Shown: piece by piece, positions 24,233-36,020 of the stretch
How the letters are laid out: each line of letters opens with the position of its first letter
Position numbering within the stretch: position 1 is the first letter of the stretch
DNA from: Podarcis melisellensis
Taxonomy: Eukaryota
Assembly (NCBI GenBank): GCA_964234715.1
Contig: OZ174282.1
Strand: one strand, 5' to 3'
Length of the DNA stretch: 64,000 nucleotides
Program-made: the position numbers and the translations under genes
Notes under the pieces: generated by a model
Seen by the model: the letters and a program-made list of their open reading frames with translations, nothing else
Databases searched by the model: none
What the model was told of the DNA's origin: nothing

Positions 24233-25499
24233 GGACTAAAGGAAGGAGAGACAAGGGCAAAAAGTGATGATGCACACAATTGCATTTGCAGCTACATAAG
24301 ATTTCGTTGCAGTTTGGGGAAGGTTCACAGGTAAGTGGTATAGCATTTGTCTTGCAAGCAGAAGGTCCCAGATTCAATCCCCAGCATCTGCAGCTAAGGT
24401 TGTGACTGTTCCTTGTCTGAAACCCTGGAGAGCCACTGCCAGTCAGTGTAGATAATACTGAGCTAAGATGAAGAAGTTGCAGCTCCTTATGTACCTAGAG
24501 AACATAGTGATGGTAAAGAAACAAACCACGACTCTTGGAGCAACAAACCCAGATGGCTCCTTGCTGAGTAGCTGCAGCAAGACCCTGGGTTTGGATGTAC
24601 CGTACTCATTGAAAAGGAAAGTGGGAGAAAGGTCTAGGGCAGAGGTGGATAGCCTCTGGCCCTTCAGATGTTGCTAGACTCCCTGCTTTCATCACCCCTG
24701 CCCATTGGCCATACAGGGAGGGGTTGATGGGGGTTGGAGGCCAACAACACCTGGAGTGCCACCCCTAGTTCTCCTCCCTGCTCCAGGGAGAGTTCTGGAA
24801 TCCCTGGACCTGACTCATAAAAGAAAATGCCCCCAATTTTGTGTAGGTTGGCAAAGCAATTATGTCAATGGTTGGGAGGAGATGATAAGTATTGGCAAAT
24901 ATTTAGCAGCCACAAATAATGATGATGGAACGAGAAAGGAATTTCATCACGTGGGCCAATGGGTGGAAGCAGCAAGGAGAAGGCAAGCTGGGCTGAGTGC
25001 TGCAGGAAAGCGAAGCAAGCTTTTGGGGATCGGGGCCTCATGTCCTTGCCACATCAAACAGCACAGAGGCACTCCAAATAGACGGAAATGGCTGTTTATT
25101 GATCCCTATATCTAACAAGTCTGACCACTGGCTAGGATTATATTTGCCATGTCGTGGATTTGCACAGCTCCAACAATGGACAGGGTCTTCAATTTCAGGC
25201 ACCACTGGGATTTGAACCAGCCAGTTGCTATGGCAATGGCCCAGTGCCATCTATATAAGCGAGTAAGGCATGTCAGCTTATTAGTCATTCAGTGAGTCTG
25301 TCTGTTACATCCGTTATGTCTCAAGAGTCTTGAATTGCTGGAGGAAAAGTAATACTTCCTACTTGTATATATCTGTATCTGCAGAGCCTAAAAGCTGTAT
25401 GTACAGACCGATGTCTGGAACCATATTACTGAAGCCTGATCTTCTGCATCATTAAACTATTTTGGACCTCTGTGTCGTGACTGGAACCACTACATGGGT

Positions 25500-25965
25500 A
25501 GAATCATAGAACTGTGGAGTTGGACGGGACCCTGAGGGTCATCTAGTTTGACCCCCTCCAATGCAGGAATCTCAACTAAGTCATCCATGACAGGTGGCTG
25601 TCCAACCTCTGCTTAAAAACCTCCATGGAAGGAGGGTCCACCACCTCACATAGGAGTCCGTTCCACTGGTGAGCAGCTCTTACTATCTCACCTCAGATTC
25701 CTAGCAAGGTACCCATTTGTAGCCAGTTATACTACATTTGCCTTAACCCTCTTTTAAAGCAGTCCAAGTTGGTGGCCATAACTGCATCTTGTGGGAGGGA
25801 ATCCCACAGTCTCTGTGTGTGAAAAAGTACTGTATTTTGTCTATTCTTAATCTTCCAACTTTCAGTTGTATTGGATGCTCCCAGGTTCTTCTAATAATAT
25901 GAGAGGGGGTGAAAACCTTTTCTCTGTCTGATTTCTCCACACCACTTATAATGTTATACACCTCT
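25500..25965 (-). mobile_element. CR1 LINE 3' fragments
   Basis: ORF 25743-25961 resembles CR1 RT C-terminus (GRLRIDKIQYFFTHR); TTCTATGATTCT tail near 25500. Confidence 0.8.
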
Positions 25966-26291
25966 CATCCTTTCATACAAGCCCTGTGCATGTTGCCCTG
26001 AGCTCCTGGGAGAAAGAACAGGATGCAGATACAATTACGAATACAATAGTTTCTTCCTGAAGCAGGGCATAGGTCCTCTCTGGCAAAGGTAGAAGCGCGT
26101 AGCATTGGGTTTCCCCCTTGTTTTTCTGGAGCTCAATCTCTCAGGAGAGACAGTGTTTAATAAACTGGATCCTGGTCATCTGCCAGGCCAGAAGAGTGGA
26201 ACGAAGTAGGTTGCTCCACTCTGATTTTCGCAGCAACCTCTTTGTGCAATTCTGTGATGGATAATTATTTGGCTCTTGCTACTTACCTTTT

Positions 26292-26449
26292 CTGTACGCT
26301 GCTCTGAAGCAGCTTAGTCATGCTGGCCACATGACCCGGAAGCTGTCTGTGGACAAACGCTGGCTTCCTCGGCCTATAGAGCGAGATGAGCGCCGCAACC
26401 CCAGAGTCGGTCACGACTGGACCTAATGGTCACGGGTACCTTTACCTTT
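26292..26449 (+). mobile_element. Sauria SINE 3' fragment
   Basis: ACCTTT tail; 12-bp TSD TACTTACCTTTT at 26280 and 26450. Confidence 0.85.
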
Positions 26450-27784
26450 TACTTACCTTTTGCTGCTTACCTGTGTCGCATCTGCTCCCTAGGTGACCGC
26501 TGTCCCCACTGAAGCAGCAACTGTTTCTTCTTGCTCTCGGTGCCACTAACAATAGGACATCTATTTTTAATTTTACTTGCAATTTTCCTCAGCCTATTTG
26601 GTCAACATGGTTCCTATTACCGGTAGGCCACGAAGCATATGAAAGGCCAGCAACTCTTGAGTTAATGCATGCTGACATTAATAGCATGGAGTGAGGGTTA
26701 TTTTATTTGAAACATTAATGAAGAGGAAAAGGAACTTTTTGTTTTCCCCATTGCTCGAGAAATTAAGTATCTTGGCAGTCTGTTACTGAGGATACAAGTA
26801 AAACACATATGTGGATACATACTGCCCCACAGCTAAGCTGCAAAAAGAAATAATCTGCTGAGCCGTTCTTCCATCTCCACTGCATCCTTTTTACAGGCTT
26901 TTACGCAAGGGCAAGGAGGATATAAAGCACAAGCCAATCAGAGAGGCCCGCAACATAATTTTCAGGCTGCCCTTGCAGGGGACTGAAGAAGAGGGCCCAT
27001 TCTGCAGAGTTCTCAGTTTAGCCTTGTAGTAGTGAAGCTAACGGGCAACTGCATGCTGCTTCCCCATTTTCCAAGTGGCAGATTGGAGACACAAAAGCAT
27101 GTCACTGATTGCTCTAATTTGCAAGCAGACCACTGGTCCTCCTGCTCTACTATTGTGTCGGTTCCTTCCCCAGAAGGCTTCAGACTGGGTGAGAATGAAC
27201 CTCTGGTTTCTCCTTTAGCACATTAGGATGCATCATGGGGAGGCATGGGGAGAAGAGTGAGCAGCAAGATTCCAGTAAGATGTGAGGGCCAACACTGGCA
27301 GGGGCTGATGGTCAGGAATCCCACCCAGTGGAAGTCTGGAGGGCTGGCAGTTGCGATGTGAAATCACAGATATCTCATAGAAGCATTGGAAGGGAGCCTG
27401 AGGATCATCTAGTCCAACCCTGCATGTGGTCTGTCCCAAGCTGCAAACAATGCTGGGTAAATGGAAGCCAGGATCCAAATCTGAAAGTTATTGATCAGCA
27501 AGGCAAAAAGGTGGCAGATTAGAAGCCCTGTCTGCTTCCTGGCAAACCTCATGCGTAACATCTGGGACTGAAGTTGACCTGATTTGAAAGCATCTGTATG
27601 CATCTCCCAGCCAGCTAAAAGGGAAGAAGGCAATCAGGACTGGGAAGGTCCCAGAGCCAGCAGAAGAAGGAATTGGCAAAGTAGCTCAGTGACAAGAACA
27701 TCTGTTTTGCATGCAAAAGATCCAGGTTCAATCTAGCAGGGTGGAAGTTGGTATCAATGAATCAATGGCAATATTAGGCAAGCT

Positions 27785-27928
27785 CAGTGCTTTTTTTCTG
27801 GGGGAAGCAGGGGTATGCATACCCCTAAACATTTTGTGAATCTAAGTTTGGCCTCATTGCGGGGCAGTATTTCAATATGAGTAGGAAAATGAGAGTACCC
27901 CTAAACATTTTTTTAGAAAAAAGCACTG
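27785..27928. mobile_element. hAT MITE
   Basis: CAGTGCTTTTTT TIRs, perfect 8-bp TSD GGCAAGCT. Confidence 0.9.
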
Positions 27929-29925
27929 GGCAAGCTTAACAGTTTTAATGCTTTTTGGCTTTGTTTACCAAATACAATTAAGCAAATAAACATGCTTTAT
28001 TAGGCCACGTTGTAAGGCATCTAAAAGTTTGGAAGTTTCCCAATGCAAATGTCCCTAATTTGCATAAACATTGTTCCCAAAACCTTACTTCATTGGTTCA
28101 ATCCCTGGCAACTCCAGGTGCAGCAGAAAATGCCTCTTGCCTGAAGCCCTGGAGAGCTGCTGCCAATCACTGTAGGAGTGCTGAGCTAGATGGACCTAGG
28201 AACTGTCAGAATAAGCCAGCTCCCTGTTTTCAGTATGCAGTCAGCATGCAGCAGAATCCCCTGCCTGTTTACTTCGAAGTACCGTAATTCCCACTGGTTG
28301 TGCATTGGACTGGAGCTAGACAGCCTATACAGACCAACAGCACAACCACAATCCTAGCTCGTATCTGCTCAGAAATAAATCCTGTTGAATTCATTGGAGC
28401 TTATACCCAGGTAAGTGGGATTAAGACTGCAGCTTCAGGTGCACTCGAACATTGACTTCAATGACCTTAGGCGCACCTAACTCAGCATGTGAATGGAATT
28501 TTTACTACTTGCAGCTTCCGTCTTTGTTTCTGGAGGATTATTGGCCCAGCCCCGCAGAGGCCAGCAACTGACACAGGGCTGTTTGTTAAAAGCCACATTT
28601 CTGGAGCCGATTCACCTGTCCCCTGTTGTTCTTTGCACCAGTCTCCCCCTTCTGATAAACACACATGTATCTGGGTGTTTGTCCATGCCCCGAGGCATCT
28701 ATCACAGTTAGGCATGGGATTTTATTTTATTTTTAAGTTCACATTTAATGACAAAGTTACCAAATTCACACTTTCTGAAACAATATATGAATACATAGCC
28801 ATCCTTTGAAATTTATGCTTCTCCAAGTCTTGCAATGCAGTTCTCCAGCCAAGTAATGTGTGCAAAAATGCATATATCAATGTGCATATAAAAGCATATA
28901 TTAGTGAAAATGACATACAAAAATGCATTATGTTAGAGAAATCAGCCCTGCAAAAATGTGTATATTAAGAAAATGACATACAAAAATATGTTGGAGACAT
29001 TCATTCTAAAAAAATCTCTTATAAATCTTAACGAGCATATTTTTTTTTTATGCAAACACTTGTGGAAATGTGAACTTAAGACTGGAAAAATGAGCAATTG
29101 AGAGACACTAAAACTCAAATATCCACCCATCTCTAATTGCAATATGAAGGTGGTGGTGTTTAACACTGCCCTATTTTTTTTCTGAGCACAGCAGATGAGC
29201 TTTGTTTTTATTGTGGTTAATTCTGTGGGAAAAGGTGGATGTGCCCTGTTATTTCTTGAGACCTGGCCTCTGTGAAAAGAAACCTGATGTCTGGCACCAT
29301 TCACAGTATCCAGCAGGCCACTGAGTGAGTCCTATCAACATGTTATTTCATTCTGCCATCTGTCAGCTCGTAGATTTATGTGGCCATCATTCATACAGAA
29401 CTTTGGATAAAAGCTCATGGCAAGATTTGCCACTGTATACGAGGCCCTCCCAGCTCCAATACGCACACCATGCTTACCTTTGGTGTAGCATGTCATGCCA
29501 GAATTGGTTTAAAAAATAGACCACAGTCCATCAGTGAACTATTGACCACTAGCCAACGGACCATTTGAAGCATGCTGGTTGTTGGGATTCTTGCAAAGAA
29601 TGCTAGCCAGCCAGACTATCAACCTTTATTTATCTTATTCAACAAACCACCTTCTCATGTTCTTATTAAGCAAGACAACAGCAGACTCAGAATCAATCAA
29701 CATGGGTGGGTTATGCATTAACTGTTAAAAAGATCCTGAGTATGTACTCTTCCTTTGTAAATCTAATATATACAGAGAGACTGTGTGGTCTGTTTTGCCA
29801 GAATAAGTCTACTAGCCTTTAAGGTGCCACAAAGCTCTTTGTTGTACTTATTTCAACAGACTAATGTAGGTACTCCTCTATAAAAGATTAGTTATTGGTC
29901 AATCACATTGGTATTTGCACATGGT

Positions 29926-30400
29926 GCCCGGATAGCTCAGTTGGTTAGATGGTGGTGCTAATGATGCCAGGGTTGCAGGTTTGAACCCTGTATGCATATT
30001 CCTGAATTACAGGGGATTGCACTAGATCAGTGTTTTTCAACCACTGTTCCGCGGCACACTAGTGGCACGTGCCGCGAGATGTTGCCTGGTGTGCCGTGGG
30101 AAAAATTGAAAAATTTGAAAGATTTAAAAATAAAGTATTTTATAATTTTTCATATTTCTGTTTACTTACTATTTCATAATAAAGTAATTATAAAATACTT
30201 TCTTGGTGTTTATTTGATTCCTATTCAAGAGAATTACTTTATATATAGTCAATATAGGCACAGAGTTAATTTTTTTAACATTTTCTAATGGTGGTGTGCC
30301 TCGTGATTTTTTTCATGAAACAAGTGTGCCTTTGCCCAAAAAAGGTTGAAAAACACTGCACTAGGTGATCCTCAGCGTCCCTTCCAACTCTGATTCTTTA
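29926..30400 (+). mobile_element. tRNA-derived SINE with CR1-type tail, interrupted by a hAT MITE
   Basis: TAGCTCAGTTGGTTAGA head; tail CCCTTCCAACTCTGATTCT resumes after 30366. Confidence 0.75.
30028..30358. mobile_element. hAT (Charlie-like) MITE
   Basis: CAGTGTTTTTCAACC TIRs; 8-bp TSD CACTAGAT/CACTAGGT. Confidence 0.9.
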
Positions 30401-31402
30401 ACTCTATGTTTGCTGGCTAGGAGACCAAGGTTTGCTGGCAATATACACCATGAAGCTCCCAGAACATCACCAGCCTAGCCCCACCCACAGGCTGGAAAAA
30501 AAGCAGTTACAGGGAGTCCCTGTCCCCACCCCACAACAGTCAGCTCCATGGCCCATGGCCCTAGCATTTGTACCATTACAATATATTGTCAACAGCTCTG
30601 ATGGTCATTTGACTGCAAGGTGGAATATAGGAACATAAGAAGCTGCCTTATATGCCAAACCAGACCATTGGTCCACTAGCTCTACGTCTGGAAGCAGTAG
30701 CTTGTCATGGTTTCATGCAGAGGTCTCTGGAGCTGCCAGGTGTTGAACCTGGGACCTTCTGCGTGCAAAGCTGAACTGATGCTCTACCCGTGTGTCCCCT
30801 TCATACATTGTGGGGCACACCATGGGTAAACATGTGCACATTCAGTCATCTTACAATATGTGAAGCAGCTCTGAGGCTAGACTTCACCCAAGTGGTCCCA
30901 TAGCAAAAGGTTACTTGGGAACAGATGCATGAGGCTTCCATCTGGTTCTTTGTCTTTCAAGGCAATTTGCCTTCCTTAGAGGAGTGACCACTTCCTATCT
31001 CCTCCCTGTCAGCACCCCAAGTTCTCTGATGGGTGGATTTGGCGCCATCTTTCTTTTGTGGTGACCACCACCCAGAGCTTTCAAGTCCGAGAGCTGTACA
31101 ATTCTTGCTCCTTCTAACTTGCCCACCTTCACACTTCATGTGCTGCCTGGTTCTTTAAAAATGGTGGCCTCATTCCAACCTGGCTACTGCTAACCAGCTG
31201 AACTTCATTTGCTCGTTAATGTCCTAGCTTCATTTTGATGGGAGGGATTAGCTGAGACAACTTGAGGTGGTGCTCCAAACCCTCCAGGAATGTTGGAGGG
31301 TATGGTGCTTATCTGCAAAACTGTGTTTGAATGGAGCAGTCTGTAGGTATGTGCTGCTGCTATTATGGTGGTTACTTTGCTGTGTTCCTTCCTACCCACA
31401 AA

Positions 31403-31419
31403 GTATGTATGTATGTATG

Positions 31420-31450
<31 letters not shown>

Positions 31451-31462
31451 TGTATGTATGTA
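31403..31462. repeat. (TATG)n microsatellite
   Basis: Seen directly. Confidence 0.95.
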
Positions 31463-33335
31463 TTAGCACACTGTGTTTTCAGCTGAGCCCAGGAGAACCA
31501 CCTGGTATGGGAAAGTGTTGCAATGCTGGCTTCCAAGTTCATCCTACTTTTATGTTTTGCTGGGCCAATTTATCTAGATAAACTTTTGAGTTATGTAGCA
31601 TCGTTAACAGTCTGTAATCATGCAGTTCTAGGCCAAATGCTCTTTGGATAGTACGTTTGGCCATCATTACTTTTCCTCAACCTTTGCTTTACATAGAGTC
31701 AATGGCCTACTTCCTTATTCTGCCTGACAAAGGACTTTGTTTTTTGTTGGCTTATTCTAATTATTTATTTTCATATGCCTGTATTTCCCTGTGCTCCCAG
31801 CTATTAATAGTCTGGTCCTATCAGTAAGCCGTTTATGATGATTATCATCATCATTTCAATTTCTATCCCCCACTTTCTCCCAAAAAAGCCAAGGGCAGCA
31901 AACAAAATGGTAAAACAGTACAGTTTCTGAAAAACAAAAATAAAAATTATGGAAATGATCCCCAAGTGCTCTTAGAGGTGGGATTTATCCAAATCTCATG
32001 TATATCTTGCAGACCATGGTGTGTTCTTGTTTTCCCTAATCAGTAAGTGCTGCAGCTCATTGCAGTGGCGGAGCATCTGTTTTGCATGTAGAAGATCCTG
32101 GGTTCAATTCCCAGCATCTCCAGGCAGGTCTGGGAATTTGTTCCAGTCTGAAATCATGGAGAGCTGTCAGTGTGGACAATGCTGAGCTAGAGAGCCCAAT
32201 GGTCTGACTCTGTATGAAGCAGCTTCCTAATCTCCTAAAACTGCATATGAATATCTATGACTGGAGTGAGGTATGTCTATGGCCTTCAGGCCATTCTCTC
32301 TCTGGTCCTGGGCCCTCCCCAAACCATGTGCCATTGAACCATGTGCCATTGAACTGCAGGAATGCCTTTTGCATTTGTGGCTAGAGAGACACATAAGAGG
32401 GGTATAGAAATCTGGCTTTTGCATTGCTGGCATCACATCTCCTGGCCCTCTTTTGCCCCTGGCCCCACCAACTATTAACATAGTTGGCCTTTGGGAGGTT
32501 GCCTGGCAAGGGAATGGGTCCCTCTGGCTAAAGAAGTGTGCCCCTCTCTAACCTAAGGGGATGGTAGTTGGCAGCGCTCTCTCTTGGGTGTACGTTCCAC
32601 CAGCTTCAGCACTCAGGTCTGGAAAAGCAGCTGCAGTTTTCTATAATTTTGTGTTGCAAAAGGGCAAGTGCACAGCTTTCAGATAACTTTTAGTTGAAGC
32701 AAAAGGATCCTAAAGTAAAGGAACAGTTTTATAATGAGTGGAGATACCTTTGCTTCTGGCCTCTAGAGCTCCACAACAACACTCCTGCTCTTAGGCTTCT
32801 TTTTAAAAACCACTCCTAAAAGTTACAAAATGACACAGGTGTGCCTGCATGCAGGAACTCACACAAACACACCCCACTGCTTGCTATTGATGTCGCCAGC
32901 TCTCGGGTATCATACAGCTGCATTTTGCACAGCATGCAGTTAAGAGTAAGAAATGTCTTCTCCCCTGAGGAACAAAAATATTACCGTTTGGAGTGCTGGA
33001 AAAAAAGTGGGACATCCATGCAGTGAAGGGAAAGACCCTTGAACCCCCTACAACAAATTACTGTGTTAACTGTATGGGGGCAGGGGGAGCTCCTCTGCTA
33101 AGGCTGTTGTAATGTGCCCTCCCTTGCGTGCACTGAATAAAAGAAAATAAAAAGATTTCCTGAAGGGTTGTTCAAGGGCACCTGCAAGACCTGGATAGAG
33201 GAAAATGTAATTTATTTGGAGAGAGCCCTCCCTTCCCCGTGAATGCTTTAAGGGATTAACTAGGTTAGGATTAAATTACTATACTTGGTCATCAGGATCC
33301 TGTAGGGTTGCATTGCTATGCTTCCTTTGATGGCG

Positions 33336-33401
33336 GTTCTCTGTTTTGCCTCCCATTGTTCTCTGTTTTGCCTCCCATTGTTCTCTGTTTTGCCTCCCAG
33401 T
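33336..33401. repeat. 22-bp minisatellite, 3 copies (GTTCTCTGTTTTGCCTCCCATT)
   Basis: Seen directly. Confidence 0.92.
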
Positions 33402-34034
33402 GGCTGGGAATTTGCAAGGGAAGGGTGATGGCCAGAAGGGCTTCCCGGAAGTCTTTGGTAAAGGCTCTAAAACCCCTTCTTTCAAACATGGGTAGATATA
33501 TTAGTGCTTCAGAGCATGAGCAGAGTGTCTTTCCATCCCTACTCTTGAGGCAGGGGGACAGGCCATTGGCCCATGTGTGCACTTTATACTTTGGAGGGGA
33601 GTTGTGCTCTTTTGCTAGAGGCATTTGAGCATAGGCTGGACAGCCACTTGTCAGGATGCTGCAGCAGCATCCTCTATGAGAGGCCTTCCACTGGGCAATG
33701 GGTTGAAGTAGATGACCTCTGGAGGTCCCTTCAAGCTCTGTGATTCTCCTGAATTGCTGCAGCCAGCTGCCCCACATCTATATGGGATCCAGGGACCTGA
33801 AGATGTGCTCTCTTCCTCCCCTCCCCCCCCCCCGAGCCTTGGTGTTCCCTTTTCAACATACTGATTTCTTGGTGTTCCCCTCTCTCTATATATAGAGCTC
33901 CACTCATGTACAAAATTTTCAGTTTGTTCCTGATTGAACCCTGAAGAGGGTGAAGGGGACTCTGGCTATTTAAGAGCAGCCCCGCTAGATCTCATCAAAG
34001 TTCCACCTAGTCCCTCCCATCCCCTTCCACAGTG

Positions 34035-34385
34035 CGATTGGAAGGTCAGCAGTTCGAATCTGCATGATGGGGTGAGCTCTCATCGCTCTGTCCCAGCTTC
34101 TGCCAACCTAGCAGTTCGAATGCATAACCTAGCAGTTCGAATGCATGCCAGTGCACGTAGATAAATAGGTACCACTGCAGTGGGAAGGTAAATGGTGTTT
34201 CTGTGTGCTCTGGCACTCATCAGAGTCCTCTGTGCTCCAGTAGCGGTTCAGTCATGCTGGCCACATGACCTGGAAAGCTGTCTGTGGACAAATGCAGGCT
34301 CCCTTGGCCTGAAAAGTGAGATGAGCGCAACACCCCATAGTCGCCTTTGACTGGACCTAACTGTCCATGGGTCGTTTACCTTTTT
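34035..34385 (+). mobile_element. Sauria SINE, older copy with internal 21-bp duplication
   Basis: Homologous to the other copies; AACCTAGCAGTTCGAATGCAT twice; TTTACCTTTT tail. Confidence 0.85.
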
Positions 34386-34639
34386 ATCTTACCCACTCCC
34401 TTCCACAGTGAACAATTGGATGCATTTTCTTTTTTAAGTCGCTTTCTGCATGTGCTTGGAGACATTTTTTAAAAATGGCACTCTCTGCATGCACCCAGAG
34501 GCGTTTTTTAAAATAAAAGGCAACTTTCTGCGTGCTCTCAAGGGCACTTTTTAGTAGCCGCATGCGCTCAGAGGCCATTTTTTTTTTTTTACAAAGCCAC
34601 TCTCTGCATGCGCTCAGAAGCACTGCTTCGAAGCACTTC

Positions 34640-35650
34640 AGGGCAGAGGCTTGGCGTTGAACCTCTGTGCCGGAGCTGAGCCGAGCGTGGGAGAGGGCGC
34701 CCTCGGCTTTTTTGTCCTCCGCAGGGCGGAGCCGGGCGCGGGCCCGCGGGGCGTGTCTCCCCACCTCCTGGCCGCACCTGGCCCCTCCATAGGCTGCGGC
34801 TGCGGGGCTCCCTCCTCGGCGGGCTGGGCCGGAGGGATGACAAAGCAGCCGTGGCGGCGGCCAGCCCAGCTCAGCCCTCCCCTTCCTTGTCCTCTTCCTC
34901 AGGCTGCCCAGCAGCGCCGCTGTTATGGCAACCAGCCCGCCTCGCCGGAGGAGCCGATGATGGAGCAGCGGCCATGGCCCGAGCGGCGGCAGGAGCAGCG
35001 GCGGCGGGAACCGAGGGCGGCGGCGGCGGCGGGAGCGGCGCGGGGGCCGCGGTGGCGGCGTCCGAGGAGCGGCCGTCGGGGGAGCCGGCGGAGCTGTCCC
35101 TGGAGGAGGTGCTGAAGTCTTACGAGCAGCCCATCAACGAGGAGCAGGCCTGGGCCGTGTGCTTCCAGTGCTGCCGCGGGCTGCTGCAGCCCGGCCCCGT
35201 CGAGGAAGGCGCGCCCGAGCAGGAGGCGCGCCGCTGGGGGCCCGCCGGGCGCATCCGCGACACCGCCGACATCCGCCTGCACCGGGACGGCGCCGTCTCC
35301 GCCTGCGGAGAGTACGGCGTGGCCGGTGAGTGGGGCGGCACCACGGAGCCGGGCCGAACGACCCACAAGGGCGGCGGCGGCGGCGGGGCTGGAGCGAGGG
35401 GAGCGCCCCCCCCCCGACTCGGGCAAAGCAACCTTCTCGTCGGTTTCTGCTGGGCTGTCCGGGAAAAAGCTTTAGGGACGGAGGCGCTTTGGAGGGACTG
35501 CGGCTGAGCGCTCGGCCCCTCCCCCGTCTTCTCAGCCCGCAGGGATTAAGTTGGGGGGGGGGAGCTTTTAGCTAAGAGCTAAACGCACGGCGAGTGCTTG
35601 GGGGGGGGGGAGAAGCAAAGAGGGCTTCTGTGTCCCGCAGTCCCGTAGCC
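34640..35650. promoter_or_regulatory. SPIRE2 CpG island/promoter
   Basis: Very GC- and CpG-rich, spans exon 1; GC box GGGCGG near 34724; RFX X-box-like GCTGTTATGGCAAC 34919-34932. Confidence 0.85.
34974..35325 (+). CDS. SPIRE2: SPIRE2 coding exon 1 (N-terminus, start of KIND domain)
   Basis: gccATGG Kozak; [28 protein letters not shown]; G|GTGAGT donor, phase 1. Confidence 0.95.
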
Positions 35651-35976
35651 ACCCCCTCTTCACCTGCTGGTCCCTACCTGAGAGGCTAGTGGGCGGGTGT
35701 GTCCAGAGCTCTAGACATAACGGGGAGGTGGGGTGGGGGCGATTCCTTGGCAAGGGAAGAGCCTGCAACTGAACTGCCGGGCTAATACCCTCCGTTCCTT
35801 CTACCCTCATTTCCTTAAAAAAAAAAAAGGCTGGAAGTATTCATTGGTGATTTGCTTTTGTGATTCCTGTTTTAGAATCTACTAATATAATAGTGAAGCC
35901 CTCCAAGTACATCTAAGCAGGAAACAAATATATTGGGGGGGGGGGATAACCTTTGGTGTGCAGAGGTAGATTTAAG

Positions 35977-35978
<2 letters not shown>

Positions 35979-36018
<40 letters not shown>
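35979..36018. repeat. (GT)20 microsatellite
   Basis: Seen directly. Confidence 0.95.

Positions 36019-36020
<2 letters not shown>

Noticed and set aside
24906-25003. C/D-box snoRNA-like arrangement (ATGATGA 24919, CTGA 24993, short terminal stem)
   Set aside because: No recognisable rRNA/snRNA guide, no clear C'/D' boxes and no proven host transcript
29926-29992. tRNA-like sequences here and at other SINE heads
   Set aside because: Continue into SINE bodies and lack an intact cloverleaf
33336-33401. Short direct repeats as a CRISPR-like array
   Set aside because: Head-to-tail with no spacers; a vertebrate minisatellite
34851-34973. 41-aa in-frame N-terminal extension of SPIRE2 in the ORF track
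   Set aside because: Starts at GTG; homology and the strong Kozak context begin at ATG 34974
34384-35431. Antisense ORFs over SPIRE2 promoter and exon 1
   Set aside because: Expected shadow ORFs in a CpG island
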